A stretch of DNA of 64,000 nucleotides. Origin: Takakia lepidozioides. Taxonomy: Eukaryota; Plantae; Bryophyta. The position numbers and the translations under genes were made by a program. This document shows, one piece after another, positions 50,001 through 62,245 of the stretch. The notes under the pieces were generated by a model. It was not told where the DNA came from. It saw only the letters and a program-made list of their open reading frames with translations, and ran no database searches. Location of the stretch: contig CM060731.1 in the NCBI GenBank assembly GCA_030704615.1, forward strand, positions 89,776,001 to 89,840,000, read 5' to 3'. Each line of letters starts with the position of its first letter. Position 1 is the first letter of the stretch.

Positions 50001-52276
50001 GCTCAGAGTCCCGCCCTGAGAAATCCAAAGCTACTAGGGATTAGGCGGGGGTGGAGCGCGCCGCGCAGTGCACTGCGCGGTTGGAGGCAACCGCGCGGCA
50101 CACTTTAAAGGGTCGTTCGCCCTCGTTGCCGGTGCTCTCAAATTCAGGAAGGGCCGTGGGAACGACCCTTCCCCAACGTGAAAAACTGGGAAATCCTTGC
50201 CCCTCAAATCGGGGGACCCTTCCACACTCGGAAGGTACTTCCCGTAAATTGGGGGACCCTTCCAAAAGCGGAAAGTACTTCCCCCTTGCGGCCAGGGAGG
50301 CTCCTTGAATTACAAAGAAAAAAATTTGCCAATGTTTTACGTATAGTGGAGAGTCCCGCGGAACACCCTCGAGGTGGGGACTCCCATGCGTAAAGCCCGG
50401 ATTTCTTTTCTTTTAATGGTTGCAATCTGATTGGCCACGAATTATCCCATATCGATTGCCCGTATTCAGCACCCTGTATAGTATATAAACGGGGGTGAGC
50501 TGCAAGGGACTGAACCGTGGGGTTCGAATAAAATGTCAATCTGTCAGGAATACTATGAAGGTTACAGGGAATTTCACTGTAACCTTCATAATTTCCTTGG
50601 AACGCCTTAAATGTTGCATATAATCTGCCCTAGAAATACAAAGGGAAATTAGGTCAGGGCTTTACACCCACATGCCCGTGTCCCTCCCTCACCATCCACA
50701 TACTTACTAGAAATCACATTCTGCCATGACCGCTACTCAGACCAAACAACGAAATGCGAACAATGTACAAAATACGAACCAACAGTTCTAGCTCTTCACC
50801 AACATGATTGGCACACCACCCATTTGACTATTATTATTGCAGGGGTCAATGGCCCTATAGCCACAATATTAATGTACTAAAAGAAAAGCTAAAACTATCC
50901 TATATCGTCACCACTAAATTGATCACCCGCTCTCATCCTCAATAGACTCAAACTTGATTAGTCACCCCATAGATCGGTCAGTCTTTACCTTTCTAGGGGG
51001 TTTAGTATCGTGTGAGCATGCTCGTGTGAGCATGCTCGTGTGAGCACAACCCACAATTACGGGAATTTTATCTTTCTAAATCCCGATCTTAGGAGTTATA
51101 TGTTTTCAAAACGAAAAGGAAAAACCATATATGAACTCTCATTCAACCATGGTTTCTCAAGGAGAAGCCGTGAGTAGTATAGCCAACACCTTTAGACGCT
51201 GAGGCCACAAACCTAAATAGTGGAGGGTTTTCCAATGAGAAACCCTTGGTGATATAGATTGAATCAAGATGTTTTATCCCAAAATCGAATTATCCCACAT
51301 CCCAAATTTTATTGCCGTATAGGTTTAGGTTTAGGTGTATATTTCGCTCCTTAAGATATGGCCTACATGTCTTGATAGTTCTAGAGATACATCTGGATTT
51401 CTCAATTTGCCCTGAGAAATTATATTTGAAAATATAAAAGTAATTTCAGAGGTTAAGAGTTTCACTTTACGATGACACTTTACTGTGACCTCTTTACTTC
51501 ACCTCCTGTTTATGATGTATACTCAATGGCACATGCCCCTGTTCTTGGATCAACAGTATACTTCTGATCATTTTACTCTCATGCACATGCCCGCTTTCCA
51601 AATGTACATGCCACACTCCCCCCTCTATTTGATAAAAATCCAAGGATATCTGTACATGCTCTTTATGTTGTCTTGTTCTATGATTTCGTTATCTCACTTC
51701 CATCCTATGATATGTATTTAGATATACATGCCCCGGTTCTTGGATCAACACTCAGTATCTTATTTTTACATACTTATCTCAAGTCTACTTATCAAATGGC
51801 GCATGTTATCAATTGTTGTACCAGTAATTACTATAACCATGCTGACAACGTTCTATGTCTCCGACCTATGCACCCTAAGGCACATGCTCCTGCCACACCA
51901 TACAGGAACTCGGACTTATGATTATGAGCACTAACAATATATGTACATTTCCACTATGCTTAAGACAACAGGTTGCTGCTCACCATCTCAAAACATCCAC
52001 AACAATGACAGACCAAGGACTCTCACATTATGAAAACACCAGAATGCAGGGCAGGTTACATGCCCTATACCCTCCCCACTTCGTCTCAAGTGATATCCAA
52101 CTACAAGCGACCATGGTGAAGTAGCTCATTGAATCTCCCAGGTACCATTCCCCCTCTATGAACTTGTGTTCTTTTCAATGCCATGTCATTTCACTCTGTT
52201 TTCCCCTCTTATTAGAATCACCCTAAATTTTCATGTTTCAAGAATTCTGCAAGTTAGCTGGTTGAGTGAACCTTTG

Positions 52277-52800
52277 ATAGTTTGGAGTGACTTTGACATG
52301 ATGCTGCCAAAGTGACAACAGGAAAATATCCAGAAATAGGTAATGGTGGGACAACCGTCTTAGAAGGTAAATGCCTTTGGATTACAGAGTGGTAAATGTA
52401 ATTGAGAATAGGAACTGGTGTGATAAGTTGAGTTGGGTGCTTGCTGGAACAAATCTAGGCTGCCATTGTTAGCTGCTAACAGCAATGCAAGGATGTATGC
52501 ATGATCTGTGCAGAGGCATGGATAGCTGAAGGAGCAGGGATAGAGTGTCATCCAAGAGGGCCAGATTTCAAGCTCCAGATTACTTATGATTCCCTGTGGA
52601 AGGATAGCTACAAGAAACCTGCATGGGTAGATGGTACATAGTTTGGAGTGATTTTGACATGATACTGCCAAAGTGACAATAGGAAAGTATCCAGAAATAT
52701 GTAACAGAGATGATGAGAAGTTGTGGAATGAATGCTTTTCTGACCCCAGTCAAGGGTGGGACAACCGAGGGAAAAAGGTGAATGTTTATTAGATTACAGA
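52277..52800. repeat. Direct repeat pair, ~360 bp apart
   Basis: ATAGTTTGGAGTGA.TTTGACATGAT.CTGCCAAAGTGACAA.AGGAAA.TATCCAGAAATA at ~52277 and ~52638. Confidence 0.8.
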
Positions 52801-53049
52801 GAGTATGAGACGCAACTCAGCATAGACACTAAGGCAAACTCTCCTTCCCTGCAAAGGGTGTGTTTTGGTATCTGAGCGAATAAATATAGTTTTTAAAAAC
52901 ATAATTTCAATATTTTGTTATTTAATAATGTTCTCATCAAGGCCACTGTCCATTTTCCCTATAATAATAATAATAATAACAATAAATTAAATCCATTAAT
53001 ATTCAAACTTAATATTGGAAATCCATTAATAATTAATTAATGCGTACCA

Positions 53050-53405
53050 CCACACAGGAACGAACACGTGTTGCATAGTGACTTGTCGAAGGTGTGAAAT
53101 ATGACACGTGTCGCATAGTGGCTTGTTCAAGGTGTGAAATCCGCCGTGAAATATGCCATACTGGCCTTTTTCACACTCTGCCATGTCAGCTATGCCATCG
53201 GCCATGTCAGCGGCCATGTCACCATGCACCCCGTGAAAAAAGCCTCCCGTGGACTTTTCCACAGGGCCACCCGAGAGCCAGACCGTCCACGGGGTGTCCG
53301 AAAGCACGAGTCGTTTCTTACACCCACGGCAGGTGTGGACTGCGGCTGATTCCACAGCAAAAAATGTGGAAAAAGCCCTGGAAAAAGCCAGTTTCTCTTC
53401 TAGTG
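53050..53405. mobile_element. Isolated CACTA/EnSpm element end
   Basis: Terminus reads CACTAGAAGAGAAAC on the minus strand (ends at 53405), preceded by GTGG/CCAC and CCGTG/CACGG subterminal repeats. Partner end not found. Confidence 0.55.
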
Positions 53406-53436
53406 AAATTTACGAAAATAGCAAAGTGGGCATTCA

Positions 53437-53661
53437 TTTGGAGCCTCGACATGAGAGATATCAAGGGAAAGGTCTCCGGTTCAAATCTGGTCGTAAGCTC
53501 TGTGGAGAAAAAATGATGAGATATGGCTAAAACGAATTTCAAGTACTTTTGGTTGCTGGACAATGATTGGAGCGCCCTCGACAGGAGAGATATCAAGGGG
53601 AAGGTCTCCGGTTCAAATCAGGTCGTAGGCTCTGTGGAAAAAAAATTGATTAGATATGGCT
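53437..53661 (+). repeat. Two tandem ~130-bp units with a tRNA T-arm/B-box-like motif
   Basis: GAGATATCAAGGG.AAGGTCTCCGGTTCAAATC.GGTCGTA.GCTCTGTGGA present twice. Confidence 0.6.
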
Positions 53662-55899
53662 TGCTTCATATATTGATGCACTTGGACTTATATGACATTG
53701 GACACTTGGGCCAACGGCACAGGCTACCCTAGTATATATCATTAAAGACTTGGAAGTTAGTTCAAACTTCAAACGGCCCAATAATATATGTCATTATATA
53801 TCAACCAATTATCTCAACATATAATAGCATTACCCTATTAAAGTGTATAGAATACCTAGACGCCTATGGCACTCCCAAAGATTTTTTATTTTTTATTTTT
53901 TCCTCTAATTATAAAATTGAGAAAATGGTTGCATGTTAGTATATATACTAAATTAGTTTAAATGTAAAAAGGTCTCAATCATACATTGAATGGTCCAAAC
54001 GACTAATTCTTCTAACATTTTTCTAATGCCACTTCAACTAGCTGCTCGACAAACTTCAATAAATTATGTAGCCCAACTAATAACAAATCAAATCTTCTAA
54101 GGACTTTGTCGACTTTTTCAATGAGCATCTTCATATGATTACCTAAGAATGGAGAATGGAATTGTGGGTTGTCGCTCCCAAGTTTCCTTTTTAATATTTA
54201 TAAAAAAGAAAAAGAAAAGAAGGGATATCATTTTTAAACCCTAGAGGAATATGGATGGCAGAACAACCAATGTGTGTGAGGATAAAGGTGTGTTGGAGGG
54301 ATTTAGTTGTGCGGTGATGCAAACACACGTGTGCATGATTCGTGTGAAAGCAGCCAATGGCATGCAAAGAAAGCATTCCAGAAGCACTTCACTCTTTCAA
54401 AAGAAACTTTTGCACCCCTTCCTAGTAAGATAATTGCATGCAATGAGGTATATATATATATATATAAGACGTGCTATAGGGCCCACCACCTAAAAAGGGC
54501 ATTAGCCGAAAGGTGAAGTAGCTTTGAATTACGTCGGCTATGGACGTAATCATCTCTCTCTAAAGAGGTGCACTACTATTCCTTGGGCTCTAACATGTGC
54601 GGGGTTTGCCCTGAACACACAGATGTGCTCTGCTTGCTTGCGCCCAAGGCCCAATGAAAAATCTAAATTGACCGATTCAGGACTATGCTATTTTAAGAAA
54701 ATGTCTGCATGAGATAATGAGAAGCTAAAAAATACCCCAGTTCATTCTCAAGCCTGAACACAAAACCATGGATAGATTGAGTAATGGAATTTCTTCACGT
54801 TGAGATCATATTCTACTCATGCATATAGTCGCCACTTCACTCAACTTTCTACACATTTGCGGGGGTTGAACATGAGCACAACATAAGCATTGCTCACGTG
54901 AACACGTTGTGAGCACAACCCACGGTCATGGTGGTTTTATGTTTTAAACCGCGGTCACATGAGTTATATGTTTTCAAAACGGAACAAAACCATTGACGGA
55001 TATAGAGACACGATGCATTTATAGGGTTTATGTGCCTATTTTGTGCCTATTTTTGTCCCGTAACCCAAAACCCTAATGCGGAATAGGCACCCATAATGTA
55101 GATCTACAAGCTCCAAGTTCCACATATTTACAGCTTTGGTATCCTACAAAAGAATAACACATTAGGGAAAATCAAAGTCACAATAACCAACACCATCCAA
55201 AACACACAAATACCAAACAATGATTGAACAATTTAATATAAGGAGGCAAACAACAGGTTTCGCCAGCGCAATGAATCAAGGTATCGGGTTCAGCCCATTT
55301 TTTTTCATTTCATGTACAGCGGCCATGTGGCTACAAACTGGTGGGGGTTGGTAAGACGTGAGCACAGCGGTGAGCACGACTCACATGAGCACAAAAAAAA
55401 AAACGTAGGCGTGAACAAAAAGAAACGGCAATAGGGTACACAAGTTTCCATGGAAATAGAATTCACGTGAATAGGGTTCTAAAATAGCGAAATTGTGATG
55501 TGTGCCTATTTCTGTGCCTATCTCTGTCCCAATTTTGTCCTTGATTATGTCCAACAACCCTAAACCCTATTGTGAAATAAACACCCCTAATGTATATGTA
55601 CAAGCTCCAAACTCCTGCAAGCTCTTAGAAATATAAGTAGAGTGGAGCTCTAAGGTACAAGGTAGTATAATTATAGCAGCGTAAGTGCAAAGACTCGATC
55701 TGTAATGCTTTGCGGGATATCCAAGCACCCGGGCAATCAATGATGTGGAGGCCATTGCAGGTCATCCCAAAGATAACATTGTCTGATTAACTTCTCAAAA
55801 GTATTGCTTACAAGAGCAATGAGCTCCATATCTCGCACAAATACCAATTAAGGGGATGACAACCGATATACAGTTAGGTCCAAATGATCATCACTCCTT

Positions 55900-56700
55900 T
55901 ATAAAATGATAAAACGATGATAGAACAATATTTCGCCTACGAAATCATTTAAAAAATCTATATCCAAGCAACAACCCACAAACTATTTCGTTCGCGAAAT
56001 GATCTCAAAAGAGAATACCAGATAAAAGTAGATTCAAAAGAAGAAAACAAATGTAGTTTGGTGTCCTCCAGCATTAGATGATATTGAAAAAGTAGTTCTT
56101 TATATTCAATTTCGCTGTCGAAGTGGATTCCCAGTCTTTCATAAATCGATATTTCGCCGACGAAATTATTTCAATATCCGTGTTCACGCGAGGATCCACA
56201 AATTATTTCGTTGTGAAATGATATCAAATGAGAATATCAAGACACAAGAGAATCAACAGAAGACGAAAAAATGTAGTTTCATGTCCTCCTACATTAAATG
56301 ATATTGAAGGAGTAGTTCTATACTATCTTCGCCGTCGAAATGGATTCTCAGTCCTTCATAAATTGATATTTCGCCGACGAAATTATTTCAATATTTGTGT
56401 TTACACGAAGACCCACAAACTGTTTCATTTATGAAATGATATCAAATGAGAATATCAAGAAACAATAGAATGAACAGATGAAGAAAAATGTAGTATCGTT
56501 ATCTCCAACAATAGATGATATTGAGGTCGTAATACTATACTATGCAATTTGTCGGTGAAATATTTTCTCAGTCTTTTATACGAATGAGCTAAAGCTAGTT
56601 TCGTGTCCTCCAACATTAGATGATATCGAAGACGTAATACTACACGATTCTATTTCGTCGGCGAAATTGATTCGCAGCCCTATATAAAATGAGTAAAAAC
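55900..56700. repeat. Diverged AT-rich tandem repeat, ~220-bp unit
   Basis: AAATGTAGTTT..TGTCCTCC..CATTA.ATGATATTGA recurs near 56050, 56270 and 56487, with a partial copy at ~56597. Confidence 0.8.
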
Positions 56701-56730
56701 CATATGATATTGTGGGTGTCACGGACATAG

Positions 56731-57035
56731 TCTACGACCCTAGATGTCATTGCAAGGTGTGTTATTCTGAGGGTTCGAGAGGTGTTGCCCTCATGAGTCC
56801 TGATCTTGGAGGGTCGGGATGGCATGACTTTGGAAAGACCATGTGCGTAATTGTGCGTCATGTCACCTTCCCAATGTCGATGGCAGAGTTGACCCAAACT
56901 TGGCAGTGGTACCTGCAGGTTTGAGGTGCATGCTCTGTGGGTCTGCCAAAGGGGCAGCCACCATGCTGGTGTGTGATCGATGCTTAAGAGGTTGGCACAT
57001 AGGATGCTTGACACCACATCTTGAGAAGGTTCATG
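56731..57035 (+). pseudogene. Integrase C-terminal tail with truncated PHD finger
   Basis: TTLDV...ILRVREVLPS*VLILEGRDG / DHVRNCASCHLPNVDG..CMLCG...MLVCDRCLRGWHIGCLTP (C4HC; last Cys pair lost). Confidence 0.8.
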
Positions 57036-57299
57036 TGAGCAATGACCATTGTCTGCTCTATCAGTGACAAGGCCTCATCCTGCCCCATCATCTCATCCTT
57101 GAGGACCTCCTTAACCCGAGAAGAATCCCTAACCTCATCCATCACAGCCGCCTTGGCTGCCAACTCCCTCTGAACCTCGAGCACCTCCCACGTGTGTCAT
57201 GGATGTCTGCACCCCGTGGTCCTCACCTGCTCGCCCCCACTCACTGCCTGTACCATCTCGATAGGCAGAGAGACCATGAACGGAAGTGCACTCTGCACT

Positions 57300-57870
57300 C
57301 TACGTTGCTTAGCCATAGCCAAGCTAATAATCCAGGTCAAGCAATTGAGATCCATCGTTGCCCCAACACCTGACGACGTGATGCCTCAGAAAGAGAAGGC
57401 ACCGCCGTGGTCCCAGTGGAAAAACCCATCGCCCGCTCACGCTCGTCAGCATTAGGCTCCACTAACTGCTGCAACTGAGCATCCCACAGGAGGCCAGGTC
57501 CACTATCCCAAAAAGCATGTGATCCAGGAAAGTTGAGCAGTGTAGGTAGTGTTGCTCGTGGTTGATCCACCTTGTTGACCACTGCCAAAGGTGAACGGTC
57601 ATCGTGCCTCACACGCCGAGACTGCCTCCCTGTGTCCAAAATGCTATCCACTATGAGGTATGTTGGCCGTTGCACCCCATCAAATGCACGCTTGAGCAGT
57701 GTAGGTGACATCAAGTTAGTCCACCATAGCCGTGGATGATGAGCCCGTGACCCCACTGCAGCTGCATCCAGTAACACTGCTGACCCAAGCCACGACCTGA
57801 CTTGATGCACACTAGCCATCACCCTGGCCTGAGAATCGCCCAACAATGGCACATTTTCCAATATGTATGT
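57300..57870 (-). pseudogene. DNMT3-like C5 cytosine methyltransferase catalytic domain, C-terminal half (motifs VI, VIII, IX, X)
   Basis: YILENV (VI); LDAAAVGSRAHHPRLWWTNL (VIII, cf. DNMT3 DA..VSAAHRARYFWGNL); ERERAMGF..GTT (IX); RRQVLGQ-AMD after a 1-nt frameshift (X). Motifs I-IV are absent. Confidence 0.85.
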
Positions 57871-57874
57871 TGTA

Positions 57875-58276
57875 CGAGACTGCGTCTGTCACAATGGCCT
57901 TGGCTCGCATCACTGAGCCATCTGTAGGGTGATTTGGCCGTAGTTAAATAGCCAACTCACGCCGTGTCGTGCCCCGAGTCTGCTCCGATCCTCCCAGAGA
58001 TGTCTATATCTGGAAAGGACAAGGCTCTATATCTGCCTCCGTGAGGCCCAAGCCTGCAATAGCAGCTCTGCCCAACATCAATGGCTGAGCTCCCGAGTCC
58101 AACAAGACTCGCAGTGGTTGGTATCTCTTGCCTGCCGGTCCACTCAAACATAAAATGTCATCCTGGTTGTCTAACATGACAACCCCAGGGGTCACCATGG
58201 CGCACTCAATGGCTGGCCTAGCTGGCAGCTCCACCAAACTTGGCAGCTGCAGCTTGTCATGGCGCCGCTGTGGCAA
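57875..58276 (-). pseudogene. Retroviral-type aspartic protease
   Basis: RVLLDSGAQPLMLG...PFQI*TSLGG...AIVTDAVSY, then an abrupt junction into the DNMT segment. Confidence 0.85.
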
Positions 58277-58599
58277 TCTTGACCCTCACATCCGAGGATC
58301 CCTCCATCACTACACCTCCTGCTATCTCCGCAGAAGATGAAGTAACCTCCCCACTCTCATAGAGTGTAGCTGCCAGTCTGAACACCTCAACTGGTCTTAC
58401 CCCCGGCGTCGCAATCATGGTAGCCGAGAACAATGGAGCCTGGCACACCGATGTGGCCACCCCCAGCAGCACATTAGCCTGCGTAGCAGGTAGTGGTGCT
58501 GCCCGTGTGGCTCTCCCCAATGGCACAATAATGTCCGCCTCGGTAGCAGTCGGGCGAGAATTAGGTACCATGGATGGCATCGACATTATCTCTGCCAAT

Positions 58600-60200
58600 G
58601 TGAATGATTGAGGCAGCCTAGCCTGACGGCTTGCCTTCCCACGCTATGGATCCAATCCACTTCCGCCCCTCGTGGTTCAGGAACTCGTGCTGCTCCTCAA
58701 GTCACGGCTGCAGCAGACTCCATCTACACTAGTGGTAGTGTTGTTCCGCACATGAATCCCATGCCTCCCATATCTCCTCCCTCAAGAGTAGGAGGTGGAC
58801 CCTCGGGCCTTGGAGCTGGTACCACCTGAGCTGTGGCCATGGCAGCAAGCCGCTGCTCTAGCTGCGGAAGCCGGTTGGCCATGCCTTGGTCAACACCCTG
58901 ACCTCCTTGTCCCTGGCCATGCTGAGCTTGCCCTTGGCCTACACCTCGTGCTTGGCCACCTCGTCCTCTCAGGGCTGCTCCACCTCGCCTTCGGCCACCA
59001 TTGTTCACTTGGAACTGGCCTGGGCAACTCAGGATGCAAACCATAACATTAGGCCTCTCCATGCCCGTGTTTGCCACAATACCCACATTGCAATTGTGGA
59101 GGCTGTTTCTGTGCCAAACCATTACCTCCCTCTGGGCAATCCTTCTTGACATGGGGTCCTCCACATGTCCAGCACACCACATCCGCCCGTTGTTGGCCTG
59201 CAAACGAAGGGAGAGACCTCTACATCTGAGATCCTCTCTGTCCTTCCCTGGGCTTCACCTGAGCCCCCTTATTGCCTTGAGCACGTTGAGGTAGTGGTTG
59301 GCTAGGAGCACCACTACCCCATGGTGTCTCCTTAGCAAATCCCACCATGACCACTCGTTCCTCCACCATGTTGAGCTCTATCCACTCCGCAACTTCTCTG
59401 TCCTCACCCCTTGGTAGTTCCTTCTCAACTCTTTGAAGAACTCCACAACAGGGTTGAAGGCAGACACGGGTACTGGTGCTGGTGTCGCAGTGGCTTGGGT
59501 GGACGTCGTAGCTACGGTACCACTAGTCCCACTGCTGCTTGTTGAAGCTGCCGGTGCAGCTGTAGGTGTAGCCACTGCCCTCGCGGCTCTAGTGCCCCTA
59601 GTGATGGAGACATAGTTGGGTGACCAATACATCCTCCACTTCTCGATCTCAACCTCATGTCCCCGCCTGAACTCATGGTAATCATCCATGGGCGGCCCCT
59701 CAAGGTGCTAAAACAGCCCCTTCCATGCCATGAAAGGCGTAAACAGTTGTGGATTGCGCATTTGCTGCAAGTCACACCAACTATCAAACTCTTGGATAAA
59801 GTCATCCAACTCGATGGTGCCCACCGCCCCAGAGTACCTACGTGGCCCCTTGGTAGCTCCATACATCTCCTCCATTGTGTCCCACAACAATGGCAAGAAA
59901 ATAACTTGCACCACTGGTGTGAGTCATCCTGATTCACAATCCGAATCAGAACCTTCCGTAGAAGACACAAGAGGTGAAGGTGGCCTAAACCGCACACCTC
60001 GTCTCGTGTACCCACTAGTATCGCTAGTGCTCGAACCGACACTCTCCCCAGCAACTAGTGGCACCTCCGTGTTGACAAACTGACACTCAACCGGTTTTGA
60101 TCATGTCCCTAACCCCCTCTCCATAAGGTAACCGGGTAGAGAACCTGTTGCGGCTTATGGTTTGGAATACTAGGTTCTTAACATAGCCTGCACCTGCACC
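58600..60200 (-). pseudogene. Gag with CCHC zinc knuckle, decayed
   Basis: YSG...LDDFIQEFDSWCD, FFKELRRNY and CGYCGKHGHGEA*C near 59045-59090. Confidence 0.75.
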
Positions 60201-61221
60201 TGCATCCACCCCAAGCACTCCTATGGTTGGCTGGTCATCACCTCCAACCTCACCACAGGAGAAACAATGATGGTCTGACTGGTCATCACCCCAGCCTCAC
60301 CATCGACAGCACGCTCTAGGACTGGCCGGTGATCAAATCCGAACCAATCACCTATAAAAACAATCGCCCACACAAAACTAACATGGCGCACAGTCAAGCA
60401 TGCAGGTGTGGAGGGGATCCAAACACAAGAAATTAGAATGACAACTCCCCCACACCAAAAACAACTCCACGGTGTCACTCCTGCAAGGACACCCCAACCC
60501 AAACCTGGACTGCCTCTTGCCTCCACCTACGGAAATGTCTTGGCCTAATGAGAGGGTGGAAAACTACAAGGAAGAGAAGTTAAAGCAATGCCTAACCCCA
60601 GCATGCCCTCATCCCAACACTCTTCCTCTCCTCTCTTTCCTCATTTGCATGACCATGGGAATATCATGAAGATACTCCTCAAACTGCCGTCCACGAGCTT
60701 CAAAATTTGGCCTTCAAGACCACATGCTAGTCCTCAGGCAGTCCACCAGTGCCTCCACGGATCAGCACAGGCCGTCCACAGGTCAACACGGGCCACCACA
60801 GACCAGCACAGGCCTACACAGATCACATGTCAAGTCGTCACAGCCCCACACAGGCCATAGGTCACAGCCCGTCACAACCTATCACAGCCCCATAGGTCAC
60901 AGCCGTCAGAGGGGAGAAATCGAAAGCATGGGACGTCCTGGTTTCTTTCCTGACTCAGGTAACCACACATCTCTTTACTATCGCTTAAATGTTTTGGTTT
61001 TACCAATGGTTTCGATTTCGAGGCTACCTTTGACACTTTGTTTTGTTTTGTGGCCCAAGTCACAAAAAGGCCCGAGTGGGTGAATGGAAGCCAGCAGGCG
61101 TCTGCGACTGACCTTGTGGTGCTTCATGACATTCCAGACGGTTTGCCCGTCCTTGATGTGCTCCCTTCAAATGCAACCCGTACCTAGAACAAATCAGATG
61201 CCCGTTTCTGGCAGTGGGTTT

Positions 61222-61585
61222 TGTCAAGGACGAGAACATGACTGAACACAAACAAGAGATAAGACTAGAGGTACAAGGCTAGACAAGAAGTCAAGGTCGG
61301 CGTGACCGAATGCACGATGAGTAAATAGGAATCAAGACGATCTTTATAACAATGAACAAGAGTACAAGATATTGGAACACGACTTGAATACTGGAATGCT
61401 GGAAACTGGACTGGAGTACCAGATACTGGAAACTGGGCTAGGGTACTGGGAACTGGAAACAAGAGTAGCTTGAACTGGTGTTGGCGAGACTGAAGAGTGT
61501 CCAGTCTCGCCTCCTATATATACTGGCTACTAACACTACAACAGATTGCGGCTTTTATGACTCCCATGGTTGCGCAGTCATGACA
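61222..61585 (-). repeat. 5' LTR (364 bp) of the DNMT-bearing element
   Basis: TGTCAAGGAC...GTCATGACA (TGTCA/TGACA inverted ends); minus-strand TATATATAGG near 61513-61522. Confidence 0.7.
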
Positions 61586-62004
61586 GATTTATGGCAGAAA
61601 TGCCATTTGCAGTCGTAAAATGCTTTTGAAGTCATAATGCAGGTCTGGGGAAGGCGTATATGCGACTGCATGGCTCCGGACTTTGCGCAACACATGTCAA
61701 ACATGTTTGACCCCGAATATTGGCATGGCAGATATGACTACCAGTCACGGTCATGGCTACACTGGAATGACGTGTGTATATTGCTAGAAAGACATATGAC
61801 TTCATGACTCTCACTCTAATGCATTCTGCCAGATCATCACATGGATGAATCACTACATGACTGCACGTGTCGACACATGCTTTTCTGGTTATATATATAA
61901 TATATGAGGATTTATATTTTGAAAAAACGGAGACTCTCACCAATAGAATGAATTTAAAAAAAACAAAAAAAAACAAAATGCAATTTTTTATTTTTTTTAA
62001 ACAC

Positions 62005-62210
62005 GTCGGCTGGTAAGTGCACAGTGTGTCGCCTGGTGGTTTGGGGTTCAAACCCGCTGCCTTATCCCGTGTGTGGGATTGTTCGTGACGGTATGTCTGG
62101 GCATTGATCGTCATGTATGTCTTATGGCCCATAAATGAAGGCGGGTGATTTCCCCCCTTCTCAAGGGCATGTGGTTTCCTTTAAGAAAAGAAAAAAAAAG
62201 AAAAAGAAAT
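62005..62210 (+). mobile_element. Possible tRNA-derived SINE
   Basis: B-box-like GGTTCAAACC at ~62045, weak A-box upstream, A-rich tail at 62183-62208. No TSD verified. Confidence 0.35.
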
Positions 62211-62245
62211 CAAAGAGGGGCTTTTAGGGTTTACAAAAAGGTTAT

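Larger units (their letters stand above)
51010..54992. repeat. Two related ~120-bp dispersed repeats (51010-51130 and 54870-54992)
   Basis: Shared GTGAGCACAACCCAC...GAGTTATATGTTTTCAAAACG...AAAACCAT. Confidence 0.6.
56717..61585 (-). mobile_element. Rearranged Ty3/Gypsy-type LTR retrotransposon (gag-protease-DNMT; RT, RNase H and integrase core missing; integrase tail/PHD inverted)
   Basis: LTR 61222-61585, gag with CCHC knuckle, DSG protease, C5-MTase motifs, PHD. An LTR-like stub TGTCACGGAC lies at 56717. The Gypsy assignment rests on the gag/protease style and the C-terminal PHD, since RT is absent. Confidence 0.75.

Noticed and set aside
53470-53630. tRNA genes suggested by GGTTCAAATC motifs (also GGTTCGAAT at ~50521 and GGTTCAAACC at ~62045)
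   Set aside because: No cloverleaf with acceptor stem and anticodon arm could be built; at most these are tRNA-derived repeats.
60473-60908. Solo LTR nested in the leader of the DNMT element
   Set aside because: The ends (TGTCAC / CGTCAGA) are not properly inverted and there is no TSD; only the CACAG-tract similarity to 17832-18064 is supportable.
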